DNA from: the human T2T-CHM13v2.0 reference genome, Homo sapiens
NCBI RefSeq assembly: GCF_009914755.1
Contig: NC_060936.1
Strand: one strand, 5' to 3'
Length of the DNA stretch: 64,000 bases
Part shown: piece after piece, positions 11,757-25,738 of the stretch
Numbering within the stretch: the first letter of the stretch is position 1
Layout: each line of letters opens with the position of its first letter
Notes under the pieces: model-generated
The model's input: only the letters and a program-made list of their open reading frames with translations
Told to the model about the DNA's origin: nothing
The model's database searches: none
Position numbers and translations under genes: made by a program

Positions 11757-12995
11757 ATCACCTCATACCTGTGAGGATGGCTATTATCAAAATGTCAAGA
11801 GAAAACAAGTGTGCACAAGGTTGTGGAGAAAAGAGAACCCTTGCACACTGTTGATGGGAGTGTAAATTGCTAGAGCCATAGGGAAAAACAGTATGGAGGC
11901 CTCTCAAAAAATTAAAAATAAAACTACCATATAATCCAGCAATCTTTTATCTGGGTATATACCCAAAGGAAATGAAATAAGCAACTCCAAGGGACGTCAG
12001 CTTTCCATGTTCATTGCAGCACTATTCACAATAGCCAAGACATAAAAACAATCTAAGTTTCTGTTGATTGAAAAATTGATTAAAATAATTAGGGTACTAT
12101 GTATATATACAATGGAACATTATTCATCCTTAAATAACAACATGGATGAACCTGGAGAACAAGACATTATGCTAAGTGAAATAAGCCAGACACAGAAGGA
12201 CAAATACTATATGGACTTACTTGTATGTGGAATCTGAAAAAAAAGGTGAATACATATAGAATATTGATAAAAGAAAAAGGCAGAATTAAATTTAAAGTTT
12301 AATTGAGCAACAAACGATTCGCAAATCGGGCAGCCCCCAGAATCACAGCAGATTCACAGAGACTCCAGCACAGCCACGTAGTGAAAGAAGATTTACAGAC
12401 AAAAAAAAAAAAAAGGAAATGACATACAGAAATCAGCAGTAAGGTACAGAAACAACTAGAATGGTTACAGCTTGGCATTTGCCTTATTTGAACAGTTTGA
12501 ACACTTAGCAGTCTATGAGTGGCTGAAGTATGGCCACTGGGATTGGCCAAGACTCAGTTATTGTTACAGGTGCATACTCCTAAGCTTGGTTTTCAGTTTT
12601 GTCTGACTTTTAAGCTAGGTTACAGTTCATCCACATGGACTCATATATAGAAGTATGGAGTCCTTCTCAGACCATATTTAGTTTGCTTTAACAGTATAAT
12701 GGTGCATACCATGGACAGGGAAGAGGAGGAAATGAAGAGACATAGGTCAAAGGGAGCAAACTTGCGGTTATATAGGATGAACAGACCAAGAGATCTACTG
12801 TACAGTAGGAGGACTATCATTAATAACATTGTATTGCAATACTGAAAATTTACTGAGAGTAGATGCTCTTACTATAGAAATAAAAATATGGAAAGTGATG
12901 GATATGTTAAATTGCTTACCTATAGTAATCATTTCATTATGGCTATGTATAGCAAAACCTCATGTTATACACCTTACATTTACACAATGAAAATA
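11757..12995 (+). mobile_element. L1MA-type 3' fragment split by a MER57 LTR
   Basis: L1 ORF2 end and 3'UTR (aactaccatataatccagcaat, gacattatgctaagtgaaataagccagacacag), which resumes after 12693. Confidence 0.85.
12265..12693 (-). mobile_element. ERV1 solo LTR (MER57-like)
   Basis: The reverse complement starts tgttaaagcaaactaaatatggtctgagaaggactcc and has TG..CA termini. 4 bp TSD atat/gtat. Confidence 0.85.
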
Positions 12996-12996
12996 G

Positions 12997-13145
12997 TATT
13001 GTACCAGTGTTAATTTCTTAGTTTGGCAAATGCACCATGGTAATCTAAGATGTTACAGTAGGGCAAATTGAGTAAAGAATGTACAGGAACTCTCTGTACT
13101 ATCTTTGCTACTCTTCTGTAAGTCTAAAATTATCCTAAAATAAAA
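12997..13145 (+). mobile_element. Ancient L1M 3' end fragment
   Basis: gaactctctgtactatctttg...gtaagtctaaaattatcctaaaataaaa, typical of older L1M 3' ends. Confidence 0.7.
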
Positions 13146-13762
13146 TGGTTCTGCCCCTAACAAACTTTTGTCATCATTTTCACTGCCCCAGAGGATCAGA
13201 CTAAGTTACCTCCAAGGCTCCTTTTAATTTTAAATTGACAATTTATGATTCAAGTAAGGATCACTTCCTGTGTGAAACATTATTTTATTTATCCAGCTAA
13301 ATACAATATTGCTTTTTCAGTTCCCTTCTCTTTTTCTTGTCATGCTCTCTATGTTATACATCTATGTCCATGTCTTATGGCTCCTATTATATTTGCTAGT
13401 TCTCTAAGCGATGCTGCATTTTTAACTTGATATTTCCTACAGCCCTATGGCAGTGGCCTGCATTCAGGAAATTCCCTCTAAAATTGAATGAATTACAAAA
13501 GCAATATTCCTGCCAATGAAAAGGTTTTGTACTATGAGGAATTTACCAGTTTTTCCTCTCCTGAATATTAAAGACCCTCTGCCAGAAGTAGCTTAAGGAA
13601 ACGACTCTTTCCCATTCTCTATTCAGATCCTCTCCACTTTTGGTTTCTAGCCCTTCATCCTGTGTTGGCCAAAATGATTTGACTACTTTATAGAAAGCTG
13701 TCGTTTTACCAAGAACACAATTTTTAAGCCTTTCCATCCATAATTGTTTCATTTAATTCTTA

Positions 13763-14059
<297 letters not shown>

Positions 14060-14077
14060 TTTTTTTTAAATAAAAAA

Positions 14078-16027
14078 ACTACCAAGCCAGCACTACAAGA
14101 ACTGCTAAAAGGAGCTCTAAATCTTGAAACAAATCCTCAAAATACATCAAAACAGAACCCCCTCAAAGCATAAGTCTCACAGGACCTATAAAACAACAAT
14201 AAAGAAAGAAAAGGTATTCAGGCAACAAATAGCACAATGAATAGAATGGTACCTCCCATCTCAATACTAACATTGAATGTAAACAGCCTAAATGCTCCAC
14301 TTAAAAGATACAGAATGGCAGAATGGATAAGAATTCACCAACCAAGTATCTGCTGCCTTCAAGAGACTCACCTAACACATAAGGACTCACATAAACTTAA
14401 GGTAAAGGGATGGAAAAAGACATTCCATGCAAATGGACACAAAAAGCAAGCAGGAGTAGCTATTCTTATATAAGACAAAGCAAACTTTAAAGCAACAATG
14501 TTAAAAAAAATAAAGAGAAACATTATATAATGATAAAAGGCCTTGTTCCACAGGAAAGTATCACAATCCTATATACATATATATATATATGCACCTAACA
14601 CTGGAGCTCCCAAATTTATAAAACAATTGCTACTAGACCTAAGAAATGAGATAGACAGCAGCATAATAATGGTGGGAGACTTCAATATTCCACTGACAGC
14701 ACTAGACAGGTCATTAAGACAGAAAGTCAACAAAGAAACAATGGATTTAAACTATACCCTGGAACAAATGGACTTAACAAATATTTACAGAACATTCTCC
14801 CCATCAACCACAGAATATGCATTCTACTCATCAGCACATGGAACATTCTCCAAGATAGACCAGATGATAGGCCACAAAACAAGTCTCAATAAATTTAAGA
14901 AAACTGAAATTATATCAAGCACTCTCTCAGACCACAATGGAATAAAATTGGAAATCAACTCCAAAAGGAACTTTCAAAACCATGCAAATACATAGAAATT
15001 AAATAACCTGCTCCTGAATGATCATTGGGTCAACAATGAAATCAAGACAAAATTAAACAATTATTTGAACTGAACAATAATAGTGACACAACCTATGAAA
15101 ACCTCTGGGGTACAGCAAAGGCTGTGCTGAGAGAAAACTTCATAGCCTTGAATGCCTACATCAAAGAGTCTGAAAGAGCACAAATAGACAATCTAAGGTC
15201 ACACCTCAAGGAACTAGAGAAACAAGAACAAACCAAACTCAAACCTAGCAGAAGAAAGGAAATAACTAAGATAAGAGTAGAACTGAATGAAGTTGAAACA
15301 AAAAAGCATGCAAAAGATAAATGAAACAAAAAACTGGTTCTTTGAAAGGATAAATAAAACTGATAGACCATTAGTGAGATTAACCAAGAAAAGAAGAGAG
15401 AAGATCCAAATAAGCTCAATTAGAAATGAAAAAGGAGATATTACAACTGACACCACAGAAATACAAAAGGTCATTCAAAGTTACTATGAACACCTTTATG
15501 TGCATAAATTAGAAAACCTGGAGGAGATGGATAAATTCCTGGAAATATACAACCCTCCTAGCTTAAAGCAGGAAGAATTAGAAACCCTGAACAGGCCAAT
15601 AACGAGCAGTGAGATTGAAATGGTACAAAAAAAAATTGCCAACAACAAAAGTCCAGGACTAGATGGATTCACAGGTGAATTCTATCAGTCTTTCAAAGAA
15701 GAATTGGTACCAATCCTGTTGACACTATTCCACAAAATAGAGAAAGAGGAAATCCTCCCTAAATCATTCTATGAAGCCAGCATCACCCTAATACCAAAAC
15801 GGGGAAAGGACGTGACAGAAAACAAGAAAACTACAGACCAGTATCCCTGATGAATATAGATGCAAAAAGTCCTTAACAAAATACTAGCTAACTGAATACA
15901 ACAGTATATCAAAAAGATAATTCACCATGATCAAATGGGTTTCATTCCAGAGAAGCAGGGATGGTTTAACATATACAAGTCAATAAATGTTTTACACTAC
16001 ATAAACTGAATTAGAAACAAAAAAAAA
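14078..16027 (+). mobile_element. L1PB-like fragment (ORF1 end, ORF2 endonuclease and linker), truncated at both ends
   Basis: ORFs 14237, 14543, 15124 and 15287 translate as L1 ORF2 (ISILTLNVNSLNAPLKR...CCLQETHL...GDFN...SDHN). It ends at an A-rich run inside ORF2. Confidence 0.92.
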
Positions 16028-16429
16028 TCTTAAAAGTCTAGGCTTTCTGCCTTTACTACACAGAGTTGATCAACTCCATCTGCTACTTTTTCTAGCTCTA
16101 AATCTGATTCACAATCATTACAACCCAGGAAACATAATAGGTGCAACACTCTTTTCTGACTCTTTAATAGATTGTTTCCATTTGGAAAAAAATCTCATTT
16201 ATTTGTCGGATATGGAAGCTGTTTCATAAATTTTCCAGATCTGAGTGAGAAAAAGAATATTTAAGTGAAGATTACCCATAAAATTTTGAAACACACATCC
16301 CTTTTTTTTTCTTGGTAGAAGAATAAGATTTCAAATTTTATTTTCAAAAACCCATCATAGAAAATAATTTTTGTTTTCTGTATGCCTAGCAAGGAGAAAA
16401 TCTAGATCCAGATTTAGAAAATCTGGACC

Positions 16430-16613
16430 GGCTAATTTTTGTATTTGTAGTAGAGATGGCATTTCACCACGTTGGCCAGGCTGGTCTCAAACTCCTGACC
16501 TCAGGTGATCCACTATCCTCAGCCTTCCAAAATTCTGGGATGACAGGTATGAGCCACCACACCTACAGCATGGGTGACAGAGTGAGATTCAGTCTCAAAA
16601 AAAAGAAAAGAAA
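16430..16613. mobile_element. Rearranged AluS: inverted left arm plus forward 3' end and tail, inside one TSD
   Basis: About 16428-16563 is the reverse complement of Alu positions ~6-140; 16564-16613 is the forward Alu 3' end with an A/GAAAA tail. TSD agaaaatctggacc at 16416-16429 and 16614-16627. Confidence 0.9.
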
Positions 16614-19164
16614 AGAAAATCTGGACCATAGTCTGACATACTTCCTAATTGCCCGGAGAATTTATGAATTTATATTGAGTCTTAACAGTGAGGCCTTAGA
16701 CAGTGATTCAGTTTCCTCAGTGCTAGTAATCAAATTCTATTGCTTGTGACAAACACAGAAGATAACTTTAGCAGATAATATAACATAGCAGATAACTAAG
16801 TGAACAAATACACTTTTCTATAGCAAGCATAATCTAGCAAATACTACCTTGTTTTTTATTGTGTAAGAACACTTAACATGAGATCTACCCTCTTAAAAAG
16901 TTAAGTGTATATTTGTTTTGTTAACTATAGGCACAATATTAAACAGCAGACCTCAAGAACTTATGATCTTGCATAACTGAAACTTTATAGCCTTTAAAAT
17001 AGGAACTCTTCATTTTCTCTTCCCCCCAGCCTCTGGTAACCACAATTCTGCTCTCTGCTTCTGTGTTTGACTGTTTTAGATACCTCAGATAAGGGGAATC
17101 ATGCAATATTTGTCCTTCTATGACTGGCTTATTTCACTTAGCAAAATATCTTCAAGTTTCATTCATGTAGTTGCATATCGTAGGACTTCCTCCTTTTAAG
17201 GCTGAATAGTAACCCATTATATGCATATACCACATTTTCTTCATTTATTCATCCATCAGTGGACATTTCATTGTTTCCATATCTTGGCTATTGTGAATAA
17301 CAGCTGCAGTGAACAAGAGAGTGCAAATATTTCTTCAAGATCCTGATTTCAATAATTTTGGATAAATACCTAGAAATAAGATTGCTGGATCACATGCTAT
17401 TTCTATTTTTAATTGTGTAGGTACCTCCACATAGTTTTCATAGATGCAGCACCATTTTTCATTCCCAACAACAGGGTAAAAAGGTTCCAATTTCTCCACA
17501 TCCCCACCAAACTATTATCTTTTGTGCCATCCTAACAGTTGTGCAATGATAAGTCACTGTGGACTTGATTTGCATTTCCCTGATTGTAAGTGATGTTGAG
17601 CATTTTTCCATAAGGTTTTTTGGCCACGTGTATGTCTTCTTTAGAAAAAAATGTCTATTTAAGGACTTTCCCATTTTTTAATCTGGTTATTTCTATACTT
17701 TTGCTAATTAAGTTGAAAGAGTTCCTTATATATTTTGGTTATTAACCCCTTATGAGATACATGGTTTGCAAATATTCTCTTCCATTACATAGATCGTCTT
17801 CTCACTATAATAATCATTTCCTTTGCTGTGCAGAAACTTTATAGTTTGATATAGTCTGTTGTCTATATAGTCTGTTGTCTATGTTTCCTTGTGTTGCCTA
17901 TGTTTTTGGTGTCATATCCAACAAATCACTACCACAACCAGTGTCATGAAGCTTTTCTCCTATACATTCTTCTAGGAGTTTTACAATTTCATGTCTCGTG
18001 TTTAAGTCTTCAATACATTTTGAAATAATTTTTATGTAGGGAAAGATAAGGGTCCAATTTCATTGTTTTGCATGCAGATGCCCAGTTATCTCAACACCAT
18101 TGGTTGAAGAGACTCTCATTTTCCCATTGTGTGTAGTCTTGGCATCCACATCTAGGATCAATAAAACATATATGCTCGTGTTAACTTCTATGCTGTCTAT
18201 TCTCTTCCGTCGGTCTATATGTCTCTATGCTAGTTGAATTTTGATTACTGTAACTTTGTAATATATTTTGAAATCAGGAAGTGTGATGCCTCCAGCTTTG
18301 TTCTTTTTCAAGATTGCTTTGGCTATTCAGAATCCTATGTGGTTCCATATTAATTTTAGAATTATTTTATTTTTCTATATCAGCCTACCTTCAGATATCA
18401 ACACTTCCTTCTGTCAGATAATATTTGCACATCCTGTTCTCTGTAGCCTGGAATGCTCTCCTCCTCTCTTTTCACTGCCACCATCATACCACTTATACCT
18501 GCTTAACTGCTATCCATCAGATCTCTGCTGAAAAGTAATTCCTTAGAATGTTTTTCAGTAACACTGTTCACCTCCCCACTGCCCCTTCCCCCCCCCACAC
18601 ACAATACCTGAAATCTCTGCCTACCTAAGGCAGGTTTTTCCTGAGTTTTTTCTCAATGGTATAACATTTGGGACTTTGATAGGAAGTATGATAAATTTGC
18701 AGATTGCACAATAAGAAGTAAGGACATTTGAACAATATTAAGTCTTCCGGTCCATGGTCCATGTACACAGGACACCTTTCCAATTGTTTGTGTCTTTTTC
18801 TTTCATTAATGTTTTGTGGTTTTTAGTACAAGTCATTTACCACTATAATTAAGTTTATTCCTAAGTATTTTATTCTTTTTAATGTTATTGTAAATGGGAC
18901 TGTTGCTTAATTTCCTTTTCAGTTATTAAAAATGATTCATTATTAATATTTAGAAATGCAGCTGATTTTGTATGTTGATTTTGTATCCTGTGACTTTGCT
19001 GAACTCATTTGTTACTTCTAACAGTGTTTTTTGGTGGAAACTTCAGGGTTTTCTATATATCAGGTAATGTCATCTGCAAACGGGGACAATTTGACGTCCT
19101 CTTTTTCAGTTTGAATGCCTTGTGTTTCTTTTTCTTGCCTAATTGCTCTGGCTAGGACTTCCAG

Positions 19165-19290
19165 AGGAGAAGTACCTAATGTAGATGACAGGTTGATGGG
19201 TGCAGCAAACCACCATGGTACGTGTATACCTATGTAACAAACTTGCACGTTCTGCACATGTACCCCAGAACTTAAAGCATAATTTAAAAA
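19165..19290 (+). mobile_element. Very short L1PA 3' end inserted antisense to the host L1M
   Basis: cctaatgtagatgacaggttgatgggtgcagcaaaccaccatgg...gtaccccagaacttaaag followed by an A-rich end. Confidence 0.88.
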
Positions 19291-20344
19291 GAAGGGTGGT
19301 AAAAGTGGGCATCTTTGTCTTGTTCTAGATTTTAGAGAAAAAACTTTCCATTTTCAGCATTGAGTATAATGTTAACTTTGAGCATTTCATGTATGTCCTT
19401 TAGTATATTGAGTTAGTTTCCTTCTATTCCCAACTTGTTTAGAATTTTTATCATAAAAGGGTATTGAATTTTATCAAATTTCTTTTCTACATTTATTGAG
19501 ATGATTGTGTGGTTTTTACCCTTTATTCTATTAACATGGTATATCACATTAGTTGATTTTCATAAGTTGAATCATCCTTGCATCCCAGGGATAAATCTCA
19601 CTTGGTCATGGTGTCTGATCCTTTTAATATGCTGTTGTATTTGGTTGGCTAGTATTTTGTTGAGGATTTTTGCATCTATGTTTATCAGGGTTATTGGCCT
19701 GTAGTTTGTTTTTCTTACAGTGTCTTTGTTTGGCATTGGTATCAGAGCCAAGGTATTTTACTTGGTATTTTAATATTTGGCCTAATAAGATGAGTTTGGA
19801 AGTATTCTGCTTCCTAGATTCTTTGGAAGAAATTGAGAACATCTTTAAATGTTTGGTAGGAGTCACCATTTGACTTTTCTTTGTTGAAAAGTATTTGATC
19901 ACTGATTCAATGTCCTTACTAGTTATAGGTCTTTTCAGATTTTCTATTGCTCAGTAATTCAGTCTTGGTAGGTTGTATGTTCCTAAAAATACAGCCATGT
20001 CTTCTAGGTTATCCAATGTACTGGTATATAATTGTTCATAGTAGCCTCATGATTCTTTTTATTTCTATGGTATCAATTACAATGTCTCTGCTTCTGTTTT
20101 CATTTATTTGTATTCTCTCTTTTTTCCGCAGTTATACTATTGGGGAAAGTTATACTAATATCTTGTTAATCTTATCTTTTAAACAAATCAATTCTTTTAT
20201 TAAATTTTAAATTATTTTTCTATTTTATATTTCATTTGGTTCTGTTCTAATCTTTATTATTTTCTTCCTTCTGCTAATTTTGGGCTTAATGTATTCTTTT
20301 TCTGGTTCTTTGGGGTGTAAAATTAGGTTGTTTACTTAAGATGA

Positions 20345-20681
20345 CCTTTTTCCTATGCGGATGCTTCCTTCCATTTCTCCTGCCCTTGGACATCAGACTC
20401 CAGGTTCTTCAGCCTTCGGACTCTTGGACTTGCATCAGTGGTTTGCTCGGGGCTCTTGGGCCTTTGGCCACAGACTGAAGGCTGCACTGTCGGCTTCCCT
20501 GCCTTTAAGGCTTTTAGCCTCTGACTGAGCCAATACTGGCTTCTTTTCTCCCCAGCTCACAGACAGCCTATTGTGGGTATTTGCCTTTTGATCATGTGAG
20601 ACAATTCTCCCTAATAAACTCCCTTTCATATATTCAAGTATCCTATTAGTTCTGTTCCTCTGGAGAACCATGAATAATACA
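20345..20681 (+). mobile_element. ERVL LTR 3' part (MLT2-like)
   Basis: cccttggacatcagactccaggttcttcagcc...aataaactccc...cctattagttctgttcctctggagaacc...taataca. Confidence 0.85.
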
Positions 20682-23511
20682 GCACATAACTGGAACTTGA
20701 GGTTTTTAAAATCCATTTAGCTATTTCTAAGTCTTCATGGAGAGTTTAATCCATTTACCTTTAAAGTAATCATTGCTAAGGAAGGATTTACTATTGCCTT
20801 GTTGTTAATTGTTTTCTGTCTGACCTGCAATTCTTTTATCTCTGGTTATCTTCCTTTGTATTTTTTAAAATTTTTTATATTGATATTTTATATTGAAATT
20901 TTATATTGATATTTTATGTAGGTATTATCTTTGTGGTTACCAAAGGTTTACATAACACAACTTTTATTATGTTATCTATTTTAAGCTGATAACAACTTAT
21001 TTTCAATCACATACAAAAATCCCTGCCCCCACATACTTTGTTATATTATTGATGTCACAATTCACATGTTTTTATATTATGTATCTTTTAAAATATTTTT
21101 ATAGGTGTGGTTATGTCAGTACTTTTCTGGCTTTTAACTTTTATCCTGAAAGTAAAAGTAATTTACACACCACCATTACAGTATTACAGTGTTCTGTTTT
21201 GTCTATATATTTATCTTCACCAGAAATTTTTGTACTTCCCTTTCCTTTTGTTCTGTCATTTCACATCATTTTGTTTCAACTTAAAGAACTCCCTTAAGCA
21301 TTTCTTGTAAAGCAGTTCCGGTAGTGATGAATTTCCTCAGCTTGTGTTTCTTTGGGAAAGTCATTATCTCTCCTTCATTTTTGAATGATGGTGTTGGCCA
21401 TATATAGTGTTCTTAGTTGACAGATTTTTTTTCTTTCAGCACTTTTAATATATCATCCTGCTCTCTAGTGACATGCAAGGTTTCTGCTGAGAAATCTGCT
21501 GACAGCCTTATGCAGATTCCCTGTATATGATAAGTCATTTTTTTCTTGTTGCTTTCAAAATTCTATTTATCTTTGGTTTTTGACAATTTGATTATAATGC
21601 ATCTCAGTGTGGATGTCTTTGGATTTATCTTATTTGGAGCTCTTAGGCTTCCTTTTTTCCTCCAGATTTGGGTAATTTCCAACCATTATTTCTTTGAATA
21701 AGCTTTCTTTCCATTTCTGTCTCTCTTCTTGTGAAATTCCCATAATGCATATATAGGCCACTTGATGGTGCCCTATAAGTCCCTTAAGTGAGCTTTTATC
21801 ACTCTTTTTCATTTTTTTCTTTTTGTTCCTCTAACTGAATTATTTCTAATGTTGTGTCTCCAAGTTTGCTGATCCTTTCTTCTGCTTGATCTAGTCTGCT
21901 GTTGAATCCCTCTAGTGAATTTTTTTAGTTATTGTATTCTTCAGCTCATTGATTTCTGAGCTGGTTTCTTGGTAGTCTTTTTTAATGTTTTCTATTTCTT
22001 TGTTGAAATTCTCACTTTGTTCATGCATGTTCTATTGACCTCATTGAGCATCTTTCTGATGGTTATTTTGAATTTTCCATCAGAGACATAATATATCTCC
22101 ATTGCATTAAGTTTGATTTCTGGAGATTAATCTTGTACTTTGTTTTGGACATATTTACCTGGTTGTTTTTCCCTTGGTTCTTCATTTTAGTATATCTGGA
22201 TGTTAAACAAAACAGCTACCTCTTCCAGCCTTCATGGACTGGCCTCAAACAAAAGAAGACCTTCACCTATCAGCCTGACCAGAGATTCTGGGGGCTTCTC
22301 AAATCTGTATGCTAGGCAAAACCATCAGCTATGTTCTTAGTAGCTCCCAGATGTCTAGAATATGCTGAGACTCATCTGCATTCTAAGACAAGTGAGACAG
22401 AAGCCAGTTCCTCAGGCAATCCCTGGAAAAATTGAAACGTTAAATATGTGATCCAACTCTTTTCTTCCTCAGGAAGTAGATGAGATCTGTCGTTTTTCTC
22501 CCACTTGCTCTGTGCTGAGCAAGACCCTCCCAGGTCTGTGATGGGGGCCGGCATGCTAGTTCAAACAGCCATCTTTATTTTTAGTAGCTCCAGGTGTCTG
22601 GAAAATTGCTGAGTCTCATTTGCACTCTGAGACAGGTGAGACAGAAGTCAGATCCTTGGGCAACCCCCAGGAAAATCAGAATGTTGAACACATAATGTAG
22701 TTCTTTCCTTCCCTCTCCGGAGAGAAGCTGGGAACTGGGGGTTTCCTCCCAAGCATATAGCAATACACTGAGGGTGGGGATTATGGTTAGAGGATGTCTC
22801 AAAGTTTCCTATCAGCTTCAGTGTGGTTGGTTTTTTGTTCACTTCAGATCCAAGAGCTTCTAAACTGGCTTCTGAATTTATTGCAAAAGGAGTTGACCTG
22901 TGTATTGGTTGTTGAATCACTGGGTTTATGATGGGAACGAAGATCCAAGTCTTCCTATTCTGCCATCTTGCTGATGTTACTGTCCTCTAATTCTTGAATG
23001 CCTTCTATGTAACAGAGAATTTTCATGCACACTATCTCATTTACTTTTCTTAAAATTCTGAACACCAAGTTGACAAAAACTAAATCGTAAAGTATAAGAT
23101 TTAGTAAAAATGTAGGCTCAAAATTTTTAATCACAAAGCTGGTAAGAGGATTTGAACTCAGGTACCCAAAGCAGAGTGTAGTGCTCCTCTACCCAGGGTG
23201 TCAAGGAGATGTGTCAATGTGTAGCACATGGTTTATGTTCCTCGGGTTTATTTAAAGCCTCTGAGCCTCATGTGTGTGTTGCTGTAGTAGTGGAAACCAC
23301 TATCTTGCTAAGAAGGCTTCACAATGGATTGACAGCAAATTACCTTTTCCATTCATTCACCTATTTTCATGCTGAAAATACTTCTCAATATTTTTGAGTC
23401 AATAAACAAGAATGACTTGTTAAGGCTAGGCTTACCCTAGATGGCTCAGGATCTTGCTGGTGGAACTATTTATGCCTGCAAACTATGAAATAAAACCTTT
23501 GAAAACTAAGG

Positions 23512-23650
23512 CCTTGCTACCAGCATGTGTCTTGTGGATCAGCAGCATTAGCACCACATAGAAGCTTATTAGAAATGTGGAATTGCAGGCCGTATCCCAG
23601 ACCTCCTGATTTCATATGCCTTTTTGTTTGAAAAAGCCCTACTCTAAAGC
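23512..23650. mobile_element. MER5-like hAT-Charlie relic
   Basis: cagcagcattagcaccac...gcttattagaaatg..aatt.caggcc.tatcccagacctcctga. Confidence 0.65.
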
Positions 23651-24193
23651 ACAATATACATTTTGATGCTTTTCTCATGATGTAATAATTTTCTAGTATG
23701 TTTGTGACTAAATGCAGTCAAGAAAGCCCTCAATTTCTTATTTTTCTATGTTCCCTTATTTTAAAATAATAAATAATGAAGAGAGTCTTCATTGCCTGTT
23801 AGAAAACAATCACTTATTTACAACAATAGCTTTACAAGTCCAGCAATTCATCTAAATGCCCAATTTGCCCTGTAGCTCTACAGCATGCCCACAGAGCCAA
23901 CCTAGGTAAGCTATATTCTTTATGGGAAAAAAAGAGAAAAATAAGTTGATTTGGTAAGTTTTTGAAGTTGAAACATTGTAATGGAAATATCACTGGACTG
24001 GGTTCAATAAGACCTACGTTTAAGTAAGAATTTTCCTTGAACCATCAAGATATTCTTGGACAGGACTCTTTCCTTTTCTGGGTCTTGGGTTTCCTCATGT
24101 ATATTAAGAAGTTGGCATAACCTGTGCTCCAAGGTCTTTTCCCACGCAGAACATTTGCTAATTTTTCTTTAATAGATCTCTCCTTGTTCCCCT

Positions 24194-24785
24194 TGTAAAC
24201 CAAAAATAAAATTCTCAGGCCCCAACCATCTAAATGGACTTCCTCTTCATCCAGGGCACTCTTAAATTTTAACTTGAGACACCAGTTCTTGTCATGACAG
24301 GAAGCTGGAGGTCAGACATGCCTCACTCTACCTCTCTGGCATTAATATGAATACAGACTTTAAGCCTGATAAGAAACATTTTACAGCCCATTCTCTCTGA
24401 AGCCTACTAACTGAAGGTTTCCTCTGCAAATAAGAACTTTGGTCTCCACAATTCTTTATCTTAACCCAGACATTTCTTTCTATTGATCCCAGATCTTTAC
24501 ATAAACTCAACCAATTGTCAAGCAGAAAATTTTCAAATCTACCTGTAAGCTGGAAGCACAAGCTCCAAGTTGCCCTGCCATTTTGGACCAAACCAATGTA
24601 TTTCTTAAATGTATTTGATTGAAGCCTCATGTCTCCCTAAAATGTATAAACCAAGGTGAACCACAACCACCTTGGACATATGTGCTCAGTGTCTGCCAAG
24701 GGCTGCGTCACAGGCCATGGTCACTCATTTGGCTCAGAATAAATCTCTTTGAATATTTTACAGAGTGTGACTCTTTTTGTCAACA
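24194..24785 (+). mobile_element. ERV1 solo LTR (MER4-family)
   Basis: Starts tgtaaaccaaaaataaaattct and ends ggtcactcatttggctcagaataaatctct...tttttgtcaaca. Confidence 0.88.
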
Positions 24786-24817
24786 TCTTCATCTCCTCCC
24801 CCACTGCTATTTCCTAG

Positions 24818-25141
<324 letters not shown>

Positions 25142-25406
25142 TGCTACAGCATTGTAACTAGTCTCCTGATTCCTGCTTTCTTGGTTTCCTGCTTCCTCAG
25201 TTCAACTAGTATTCCTTTGTTCCCAAAAGAAAAGCTGACCATGTTCATCTCATGCCTGGAACACTTTAACAGCCCCAAGGCTGTTTCTGTTGCTTGAAGG
25301 TGCTATGCTCATCTTCTGTCCCTAACCACACTGCTACTTTCCATCCCCTCTTGCCTGAAATATACCACACACACCAGCCTCTTTACTTAGCTTAATGTTG
25401 CTCATC

Positions 25407-25738
<332 letters not shown>

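Larger units (their letters stand above)
16855..22985 (-). mobile_element. Near full-length old L1M (L1MA9/L1MB-like 3' end) with several interruptions
   Basis: Antisense L1 3'UTR at ~16855, ORF2 pieces (ORFs 17459, 19060, 19624), ORF1 region at ~21300-22150, and a 5'UTR with duplicated units up to ~22985. Confidence 0.85.

Noticed and set aside
17851-17882. Perfect 16 bp tandem duplication (similar small ones near 6440, 20875, 29440, 47535)
   Set aside because: Ordinary slippage micro-duplications with no further structure.
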